Shown here piece after piece: positions 27,032 through 37,719 of a DNA stretch of 52,273 nucleotides. Source of the stretch: Bigelowiella natans CCMP2755 (lineage: Eukaryota > Protista > Cercozoa); NCBI GenBank assembly GCA_000320545.1, contig ADNK01000180.1, positions 1 through 52,273 on the forward strand, read 5' to 3'. The notes beneath the pieces were generated by a model. The model did not search any database. It was not told the DNA's origin and saw only the letters and a program-made list of their open reading frames with translations. Both the position numbers and the translations under genes were made by a program. Numbering within the stretch: the first letter of the stretch is position 1; every line of letters begins with the position of its first letter.

Positions 27032-29021
27032 TTATGTCGGTGGACAGCAATTGATTATCATTACTATGGCCAGCCAGATTTACCGGCAAGTAGACAAATA
27101 TTTATAAAATTTTCGATTGACTATCGCATGCTGCTGTACATCTAGATAGAATAAGCTATGCGTGTTCAGCGGTACTATACCATTTGGTGGCTAAACGAGC
27201 ATCGCGTTGGGCACATAATCATACCTAGACACGTACATACATGCATGTACATATACGATGATGAATGTATGCTGCAGGGTAGATAAATTATAAAGCAACT
27301 TGCGCCACGCCTAGACGAGCCGAAATGCTGATCGATGAAGCATTGGGGGCAATCTAGCAATGCTAGAATGGCTTCTCACGGCCTCTAGACGTGTAAACTT
27401 CCGCGTCGCTTTGTAAATCGCCCTTCCTCCGTTGCTCGCGCATCGCATCACGTCATGGCATGTCATCGCAGCAGCGTCCCATATCACTTTGAAATTGCAA
27501 AATGCAAAATTGACAATAATGACGCACATGTGCGCCAGCAGCAAGCAGATCGAGCGATCTACTACCATTGCGATGATTTGTCAGCCAAAAAGATTATTGC
27601 AAAGCAAAATTACCCATTGCGCGCGGAGCCTTTTGACGACTCGGATGTGTGCAGCGTGTGCCCATGCTACTAGTAGGCCATGGCATGCCAACCAAATTGG
27701 TCCACTGCACGCATGCTGCCCCGCGCATGCAAGGTTCAGCAATGTTCAACTTGAGGTGTGCAAGTTGCAAGCGCGCCAGGCTAGGAGGGGCTCAGATAGA
27801 CCAATGAATGTGCAAAACGAATGCTAGAAGGGCACTCCGCCTCCTCATTCGTCTCCTCCTCCTCCTCCTCTCCTCCTCCTCACTACAAGCTCCTCCTCCT
27901 ACTTCTCCTCCACATATCTGAACATCATGTGTTTTGTGATGACGTGCACACAATCTGTCTAGCTGCACTGTGCTGTTCAATGTGGGTCATTGTATATATG
28001 ATTGGTGGGATGGAGAGACGAGCGAGACTTCTCTGCAAATTGCACAGATTGTTCAAAGTGCGATGAATTCACAAGATGATTCTCTGGTGCACTGGTTGAT
28101 GCAGGGCTATGTATAATGAAGAATGTGCCACTGCTGTCCTTGGAATCCACGTGTGTGTCAATTGCAGTGGCAACAGCAGCAGTCTAGCCGTGGGAGGTGG
28201 GGAGATGTGGGAGGAGGAGGGATGTTGCTAGCTGAACCGCTGAACCACCAACGAACAGTGCTGTGCCTGTGCTCAAGAATGTCTGTGTCGAGCATTTGAG
28301 ACCATTGAATTGAAAATTGAGATTGTTAGACGCACGTGCTTGCCAACTCCAAATGCTGGGACTGAGCTAGCTGAGCCCAGAAGGGGGTGGGGCATCCGCA
28401 GGTCAATCTCATCGCATCGCATGGACTTGCTTGGGCGGAAGTTTTGCAAAACCTCATTCCATTCATGTTGATTTTCCTGGGGACGACGCTGGCTAGCTAT
28501 AGCTGGGCACATGGAGCGCACAGTGAGTATAAGGAAGGATCGCTGCCTAAATGCAAGGCAGTGGAGCAATCGCTCACACGCGCTCGTGGGGCGCCCGCTG
28601 ACCCTATAGCGCTAGCTGCGCCATGCACCTGCAAAACAGTCATGCCTCATGCGAACCTGTCATTTCCTAGCTGATGCCAAATCGAAACATATTTGATGAG
28701 TAAGTATGACGACTAGTGTCCACTTCAAAGTCTCGAAGCTCATGCCAAGATCACAAGAACTCAAAATCGCGCCCACTACGGCGAAAGTGGAAGACTTCTT
28801 CCCATCTAAACATGGCCTAGCGGAGGGCTACATGCATGCGGCGGCCGTGGCGGGTACACTAATGCTTGTTCGCGTTGCATGAGTAAACACGGCACCATTC
28901 AAAGAATTTCTTCGACTAAAAAAGTGAGCGCAGAGCTGCACGTGGGTAAAATTTGGACTGCATGTGATGACAAAAAGTTCGTAAATTGAATTAATTTTGA
29001 ATCAATATAAAATTCTTGATC
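27032..29021. other. Convergent intergenic spacer S4, palindrome-rich, double length
   Basis: Same motif composition as the other spacers, plus an internal (CCT)n/(GGA)n-containing segment at about 27830-28230. Confidence 0.65.
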
Positions 29022-30851
29022 TCAGTTGTACATTTCAAATATCTTGGCATCTAAATCAAAAATCAACTTCTTTCCTAGTAGATCTCTATATCCTAGAATT
29101 CCAAGTTTACCAGCATTCAAAGGTGACGGTTGTGGTGGTTCGGGCATCACATCACTGATATCCATTACATTTGAGAGAGTCAGGTTTGAATTTTGATTGA
29201 GGCCATCAGATATAGTCTGGAAGCGAGCAATCCTGTCGCCTATTACAACAGACTCCCCGAATGGAAGAGCAGAATAGGTCGTACCTGAGAATATTGCGTG
29301 TAATTAGTTGACAACTGACAACCGGTTTTGTTTAAATTTAAATTACCTGTATCAATCATCAAGTAGCCACCTCCCTCATCCCGATTCCAGTGAGGGACGT
29401 CCCTTTCGTTCGACGAAATTGATTTTGTATCATTGTTGGCATAGTTTGAATGATATTTTCTTACCTTGACGTTACGTGAAGAAGATAATGAGTCGTTGCA
29501 CCTCCGAGAAACCCACAAGTACAGAATCGTTTTCTAGGGTTGCCATATAACACCTTCTTCTAATAGAACAGTGAAGATGTTAATACAACTCAATGGAAAT
29601 CCTCTCTTATGAATGTAGAGATTTTGGTCACAACAAATCGCAATTGTGACCTTATGCTCCTCTCGGATATCGTATAATTCGCAGCCTCCTTTCCTGAAAA
29701 CAGTTTCTGTGTCCTTTTCGCTTTCACATCGTCCTGTGGCTGGGGGGCACACTAACTTCCCCCTGAACACAATCCTCCCTTCCTCCTTACTTTCACCATA
29801 TTTCCCACTTATAGCCACGCCTTTGTCTTGGTTGTTGGCACAAATAAATCTGAGATGACCCATCTTGCCAAGCCCTGAACGCAAGTCGAGGCTGATCTTG
29901 TTGGAGCACTCCTCCTCTTCCTCCTCCTTGCTTTGCTGCTGGAATACATGATTCACAAATCCAATCCTTTGTGTAAAGTTACATGCCATGGGCTTGACAG
30001 GAGCTAGACCCAAGATCCCGCGTCTCTGTTGTTTTATTCCAACATCCTTTTTCCCAGGCATAGTATTAGGCTCTTGAAAACCTACTGGAACTACTGTGCC
30101 AGCAGCAGATCTACCATCTATCATATTTGATCGAGAAATTCTTTCAGACTCAAATCTGTATAGAGGTTCTATAAAACCACGGGAGAGGGTGGAAGAGAAT
30201 GGCGAAGAAGTAAGTGCGATAGGGCACATGTAGAACTCCTCCTTGCGAATCTGAAATACCATAAGAAGAATGGAAGAAGCGCAGATTACTTGCACACTTT
30301 GTTACCGAAGCAGATAATGAGCACGTATGTGCAATCAGGTGGTTTTGCCTAACCGACATAAGCAGTCGAATGCGTAAGGCACAAAAAATGGGTGACGCAA
30401 CCTCTCCGTCTAGAAAAAGCGACGCAAGTGTTATATTCAAAGGTAGTGCCGTAACCTGTTAAACGATAATAAATATTCCACTCTTTTGATATTGAGGAAA
30501 ATAGGAATTTTGTACTCACTTGCATTGCAGAATTCTGTGAATACTTCATTGGTAAGAGCAACATATCACTTCCAGTATCTACAACAGCATCTAAAACTGG
30601 CATGCCGGACACGTGTATATAGATTTTCGGTGACACCTTTGTTCAATGCAACAGGCGATGGTTAAAATAATAAACAGGATGCGTTGAGAAAGGGTTCTCC
30701 CTCACATGCTCAAGACGAATCTCTGTCGCCATAACTATGCTTGAAACTGATTGAGAGTCACGATTCCTTGATTTGAGCCAGTGGGGATTTCGATACAAGG
30801 TATTGTTTCTCCCTTCATAAAACCTTTAAATGCAAAACCCTTACGAATTTG

Positions 30852-30889
<38 letters not shown>

Positions 30890-31240
30890 TATGTATAATA
30901 TTCACGATTTACGTTTACATTCATTTTCGATATCGATTATGCGAATATCCTACCCTCGAATCTGACAAGCACCAAGGTTGCCCCTTAGTGAGCATCTCAC
31001 AAGAGATACGGTGGCCCGTGACGAGGTCGTTTCCAGTGATGATGTGGTGTGCCTCCGATGACTGTAGCAACGAACCCCTGTCTTGGTTAACATTGAGAGG
31101 AGAATTCCGAACCATGCCTTTTAATTAAATGAATGACGAATTTTCGTTTATAGCCTTCTCATAGATTAATTTGGTGGATGTTAAGGACACATTACGAGCA
31201 TGTTGGTTCTTGTGCCATGCGTGAAGGGCATAGAAGCGTA
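29022..31240 (-). CDS. Divergent pepsin-like (A1 family) aspartic protease; 5' end uncertain
   Basis: First catalytic motif DAVVDTGSDMLLLP (about 30570), RGILGLAP (about 30010), second motif YLMIDTGN (about 29350), and C-terminal LGILGYRDLLGKKLIFDLDAK…N* (TGA 29022-29024), resembling pepsin ILGDVFL…VFD. Confidence 0.7.
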
Positions 31241-31962
31241 TTGTCGTAGTTACGACGCTGGAGCAAAGATACAATTCAAATTGTTGAATTCATTCAATTC
31301 AAATATTATTATCATCGATCAATCAAGGAAAACTAGGTCTACTACCACTAGATCTATGCACTGCTGTTGGTTGGTTGGTTGTCGCAGCACTTGAATCCGA
31401 TCTACGAGCTTGTAATAATAACCCGACCGACTTTTTATTACAGGTCTAAACTAATAATCATCTTATTTTTTTTAAACCGATCTCCTTCAAAAAACCGAAT
31501 TATCTCCGATCGGCGAATAACTTATTTATCGCGCGAGTAGCCTGCGTTTGTGCTCAATGTTGTTATTATTTTTATTGAAAGAGGGGTCGGAGCATTTCTT
31601 GAATGTGGGCAACATGTGGAGAAAATAATGTAATCCATTTCACAATATGTCGATAAATATCCATGGATATTTGGTGAAAATGTAGATCTACATGTAGGTA
31701 GTAGTAGTACAAGTAGTAAGTGGTGTACCTAATTAACACAACGCTTCTGCTGCAAAACCCATATTTCATTTTAAGGATTGGTGACATTTTGTTGCTGCGA
31801 CATAAGGAAGATAGAAATATCTCGATCAATTGCAGGCGGACAGTGCAAGATGATACATATCTTCTTCCACTTCTTCTTCCACTACACATCATCAAAAGTC
31901 ACTCTCACACTACACATCCGAATCGTCGTACACATTAAGTGGGGGAGACTGAGTTCTGCAAC

Positions 31963-33940
31963 ATGACTACTGCTGCTGAAAACAGGGTACATTACCATTA
32001 CCGTTCCTTCAAACCTCCCATGTATTCTTGAATACAATCTATTGCCATCCTTGCCTCCTAGTTTCTATGTCATCGAGAAGAAGAGATATAGACTTACGCT
32101 CAACCCATCATTGTTTAAAAGATTGTCGACGTGGCAGTCGTGGCAAAGCCTTTCCTCGATGACATCAAAGCCTTCGTAGACAAAGAATTTCCCGACGGCA
32201 ACTCCCCTAAACTCGTGGGCATTCTTGCCAATGAAGATCCTTTTGCAAAAATGTAAGAAACACATTTGCGTGTTTTTAGTGCACTCATATAATACCTCCT
32301 TCCAGGTATGCTAAATGGACTCGCAAGGCCTGTGAGCGTGTTGGACTTCGCTACGAGACCATCGAGTGCAAGAGAACCGAACTCGAGGACAAGGTTTACG
32401 AGCTGAATGAGGATGCTGAAATTTCAGGTGGATGCCTGGAATATATAAACCAAAAATCTAATTTAGACACGTACTGCATATATATAGCAACAATTGAAAC
32501 CTATTAGATGTAGGATTATTATATCATGGGGTTTAGACTGAGTAACTCTGGCATTTTTAAGGAATGATGGTCTACTACCCTGTCTTTGGAACGTTACCTT
32601 CCTTCATGGCCGGTGTTTCTATGGATTCTTATATTTCCAATTGCGTTGACTTCAAGAAGGCAATACATCTTTATACCAATTTTCTAGAATAATTTTGTAT
32701 TTCTAACGATTACCTTGTTTGGTGGTATATCAGGATGTCGAAGGCATGTGTTTCACCTACATACAAGCCCTATACAGAAATCAAAGAGTGATGAAAAATG
32801 ACAAAGTCAGCTACCTCTTCATCGTTCTAATACCACATATTATTAAAAATCTCAAATAACTATTGGCTTAAAATTTACTGATGATATTCCTAGGGTAGGA
32901 ATGTGAAGAGCATCCTTCCTTGTACACCTCTTGCGTGTGTCAAAATATTGGAGCACCTCCAGGTTCTGCTCACGCCCACATGCCTAGCACAGTTGAATAA
33001 GCAATTTACCGAGGACCGATTAAGATTTGCTTATATTGACAATCTTTTTTCCAGAATGAATTCATGCGAATAGATTTCAATTCGACGATGTACTCATTCT
33101 CTTTCTAATGAATACATAGGTGTTTGACTCAAAGGAAGGCCTTGCAGGCAAAACGATCACAGTGATTAACAGATCTCAGATTGTGGGACATCCTCTCGCT
33201 GCTATGCTCGCCAATGATGGTGCAGAAGTATATTCAAAGGATATTGACAGCATGTTTCTCTTCAAAAAAGACTCCAAGGGTGTGATAGAGAATGTTAGAA
33301 TAGCCAACTCGGTGGCCATTGTTTTTTCGTCCACATGCCAATTTGGTATTATATATTTTTATCATTTTCTAAAATCATATTGTTTTATGTGAAAGGCCGT
33401 GGTAGATTATATGAGACTGAAAAAAATTTCAAGGATGTGCTAAAAGAGTCGGACGTAGTCATCTCAGGCGTTCCATCGAAAGGATATAAGGTGTGGTAGC
33501 CATTCGTCTCAGAATCAAGATTCGTTGAATTGCTAGTAGAACATATGATGATGACGATGACGATGACGACGTTTATTAGGTCCCAGTTGAGGATTTGAGC
33601 AACAACACCGTGTTTCTTAATGTATCTTCGCATGAAAATGTCGACAAGGAAGAACTCTTTCAAAAAAAGAAAGGTGCCACACATCCTTGTCCAACAATAC
33701 CTAACTAGGATGTACTAAGCAATTCTAGTTCGTTAGCTATCCAAATCATGGAAGAACTTCAGTATGCTTTTGGTCCCATAGGTATCACTTACGTTCCAAA
33801 AGTTGGGAAAGTAACAGTAGCTATGCTTCAGCGCAACCTCATCAGATTGTACAATGGGTAATACCTATTTTTTTAAAAAAAAAACTGTCTGCTGAAATGG
33901 ACGTCGTTTTTAATTTGCCAGGTACCACAAGAAGGAGTAA
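31963..33940 (+). CDS. MTD1: NAD-dependent methylenetetrahydrofolate dehydrogenase (yeast Mtd1-type)
   Basis: PKLVGILANEDPFAKM/YAKWTRKAC, MMVYYPVFG, KK/DVEG, KSILPCTPLACVKILEHL, GKTITVINRSQIVGHPLAAMLANDGAEVYS, SDVVISGVPS, YVPKVGKVTVAMLQRNLIRL. Confidence 0.93.
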
Positions 33941-35011
33941 ATTAAAATAGCAGAAAGAATTTGGTCTTTACTCTATTTTATTTACATTTCGTTTACTTAC
34001 TTTTATGCGCACAATGTTTGGATTCCATCGTAGTGATTAGTATAACACGATATAGTACGATACGTGTAGGCGCACCGTGTATGTGCAGATACCGTCTAGC
34101 TAGCATATGCGACGATATGCTGCGGTCAGCATGCACGTAAATGCGTTCTACGCTTGTTATATATGACGACGAGCATTTCTTGCGATGCCCATGTATGCTA
34201 TCAGCTATATGCTAGCGCGCATCGCTAGATCACAATCGTACATACATAGTGCTACGTGTACATACATACATCTAGATGTCATGCATAGTGTCGATCGAGG
34301 ACAATAAGGGATCGAATGGCAAGCGAATCGGAGTGATGCAATCCTTTGTGGCTGCAAAAATGACGCGGCGACACACAATGATGTATGTACGTACGTAGCA
34401 TCATTGCAGCTTGCTAGCTATAGCAGCTAGCAGATACAGTAACAGCAGGAGTACGTTGATGCACGCACACACATACGTACACGTACGATATACATGCAAA
34501 TAATGTTTGTAATTATTTCATAATGTGATATAATGGCAAGTCGAGACTGTATACGTATACAAGCCAACTGAAAGCCATGTTGTTATTGTTTTTAACTAGG
34601 AAAGCTAGAAATATGCATGCTGACGACGCTACACAACGCCACGAAAACAGCCTCCAGACTACAAAAGATAGAATAATGCATGCGCGCGTCTGCATACAAT
34701 TGCACACCTGTAGACAGCAAAATTGCTTCCTGACGCCTAGATATGTTACACATTATAGCATCGTAGATCATGCTTCGTCGTACTTGCTAGCGTGGCCGTA
34801 CGGTATAGCTAGCTCGCGCCCGGAACCGTGCAACATCATTAATACTTTTCGTCAATTAGCTTCCATGTAGAAGATGATAATGCGTTGTATCGAATCGCGT
34901 TTCCAAGATTTTTTTAGAGTTGCATAACGGTGCGTTCGAGTTGTGTAGGTAGTAGCACTGACACATATACGCAAATTTACACAGCTTCTCTCAAAACTAG
35001 GCAATATTAAT
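33941..35011. other. Convergent intergenic spacer S5, palindrome-rich
   Basis: CTAGCTAG, CATCTAGATG, TACGTA, ATGCAT and GCGCGC are dense. Confidence 0.75.
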
Positions 35012-35947
35012 TTATTCATCATCATCACTGAAATCGATTCCGCCGTCATCCTCTTCCTCCTCTTTCTTCTCCTCTTTCTTTTCCTCTCCTGCAGCGGCTC
35101 CTGCAGCTCCACCACCTCCTCCACCACCTAATTATGGATGTTTTAAATCAGCAGAATCACATTTTTTTTTCAACTTATTTTTTTTTTGTGTTGGTGTAAG
35201 ATAAACGGATTATTAGAGAATTTTGCACAATATGTCCAGTGTCGACTGTTGCCGTTGGTAAAGAAAACTAGACTCATTACCTGAAGGCATAGATCCCAAT
35301 TTTTCACTTCCGGCAGCAATGATGTCATCAATCTTTTTCGACTCGAGCTCTTTCATGAAAGCCTTAAGATGAGCTTCGTCAGGTTTTCCTCCAACGGATT
35401 CTAGGATTGAGGTGACGTCTTCAGCAGATGGCTTTTCGTTTCCACCTATCAGCGCTAACATGTATCCCGCAACAATTGATATGCTAGCTCCTGATGCCTT
35501 CTTCTCCTTCTTCTCAGCACCTTCAGCATCTCCCTCTTTTGCAGCAGGCTTTTCTCCCTCATCATCGTCATCATCATCATCGTCATCATCAGAACCACCG
35601 CGAAGGCGAAGAGAAAGGTGCAGGGTAGCCTCCTAATTAATAGTCAATATACTTTAACCGATGTCCATTAAAGAAAGAAAACACCAAACCTTTTTGATGT
35701 TGCTTTCATTCAGAGTTCTGTTATCATCGATATCGATACCATTGAAGCTCAATCGCTGCTGCTCAGGCTGGATTGCTGAAATGAGTTCATTTTAGTGCCG
35801 CAACATATAAATTAATAATGCTGTAATGGTGCTACCGCATTCCGAATCAGAGATCCTCTGTTTGAGTTGGTATACGGTATCAGAGGTGTCCACGTTCAGG
35901 GTAAGGGTTTTGCCCGTGAGGGTCTTCACAAATACTTGCATCGACAT
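35012..35947 (-). CDS. RPLP2: Ubiquitin-like domain / acidic linker / 60S acidic ribosomal protein P2 fusion (exons 35947-35836, 35775-35690, 35632-35281, 35127-35012)
   Basis: [81 protein letters not shown]10[57 protein letters not shown]…[15 protein letters not shown]…[28 protein letters not shown], linker and the P2 N-terminus lie in one exon. Confidence 0.92.
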
Positions 35948-36230
35948 GCCAACCAACTTTTCCTCGTCGCTCGCTAAGAGGAGGGAAGTGCGTCTGGGTG
36001 TAAATCGCCGATAAATTTCACCGAGCCCCGGGATAGTTTCCAATGGCTGGTTTCTAGAGAGTCTCTGGAGTTCCATCGGTCTAGAGGACATGCGACAACA
36101 TAAACTGGTTGCCGTAGGCCTTTTTTTATCACAATATAGAATTTATTGTTTTTTCCAGAAATAATGGTATTATCTAAGTACGACAATACATAAAACGGGT
36201 ATATTTACCATTTATCCCCTTTTCATTAAC

Positions 36231-36268
36231 CCCGAAAAATTCGGCCCGCGATAATTGCGGGGGGGGGC
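36231..36268. promoter_or_regulatory. GC-rich tandem inverted repeats in the putative bidirectional promoter
   Basis: CCGA-AAAAT-TCGG directly followed by CCCGC-GATAATT-GCGGG and a G run, within the 380-nt head-to-head gap. Confidence 0.3.
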
Positions 36269-36327
36269 ACTGCCATGCTCTGACATAGTGTTTGCCATCA
36301 ATTGCATTGCATTTGCGATAAAGACCA

Positions 36328-37671
36328 ATGGAGGTGGAACAAGCGGTTAAACCCCAACAAATGGAGAAAGTGGATAGCAATGGTTGCAAGCAACCGTCGA
36401 CTGGAAGGTTGGATAGTCATGAGAGTAAGATTGAACCCCAAGTCGAGCATGTTCTTGGGTTCAAGCTTCCCAACGAAGTAGAAAGGGAGGGAAAAAGGTC
36501 GCATCGTTCCCATATTTACGTAAAATGCCTCTCTGTTTCCAGATTCGCTGAGACTGCAAATGACTGCTCTATTAGGTATGATCTCGCTGTTCAGGACAGC
36601 ATGAGCGTTCAGGTGTCCGGAGTGGACCCTCTTTACAATCGATTCAAGCAACTTCTTGATTTTATACCCATCACCAATAAAGATAGCGGCGATACAAAGA
36701 CTCCCTCACTAGACATGCAAGGACTACTGTTCCTTGTAAAATTCACTAAAAAAGCGTATATGTACTCGGAATGGATGACGAATGCTCAAGTTGAGAGCCT
36801 ATCAGGGGGCAAAGAAGCATTACGATCATTTTTGGAGCGAGAGCAACGGCGATGGAATAAGATTAAATTTCAAGTGAAAGAAGGCCAACTTAGAGGATGG
36901 AATGCTCCACGTCGTCTATCATTTTTTCCACGAAGTTTCTGCAAACCAGAGTTGATTCTATCACACAAAACGATGGGATCAAAATTATCGTTTCTCATTA
37001 AATGGCGCCACCTTCCTTACGATCAGGCAACTTGGGAACCATCCAGTCTTCTGTTTGGGGGGAAATTGGGTGATATTAGCGAACCTCTTAAGGGTTACCT
37101 GACACATTTAGCTCAGTTCCACCGAATATTAGCACAAAGTGATAATAGTAGTAGGAGGAGGACCTCACGCTCGTCCCGTTCGAACAAATCATCTTCTCCA
37201 GTCTATCTAAGAGCGGCAGAAAGCGCCTGGAGGACAGGAAAGTCAGGATCTCTATTTATCTCCAGCTCCCCGGCCTTTTCGCCAGCATTGATTGCGTCTG
37301 TGCTAAACCGGATCAGCAAATGCCCTCAGAATACCACCCATCGGCGCCCTTTCCTAGTTGTTGTGCCTTCTCCTGCTGTGGAATTTTGGGTTGATGAGAT
37401 ACGTAGAAGATGGGAAAATAAACAGCGTGTCGTCGGCTACTCCGGGTCTAAAGCTTCTATGGAGGCCGCTAAGAATGTTGGATGGAAATTCAGCAAGAAG
37501 AAAGAAGCGTGGACGCATCATCTGAACACGTCGTACCCATTATCATTACTGAATTACTATCAGAATATTCCAGCACATAGAACCCTAGTTCGTACTCTCT
37601 CTGTCTCTTCCTCTCTCTCTCTCTCTCTAGAAGCCTAGTTCGTACTCTCTCTGTTTCTTCCTCTCTCTCTC

Positions 37672-37719
<48 letters not shown>

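Noticed and set aside
28273-28674. Overlapping ~95-aa ORFs in spacer S4 as transposon genes
   Set aside because: No transposase, RT or integrase motifs; no clear TIR or TSD.
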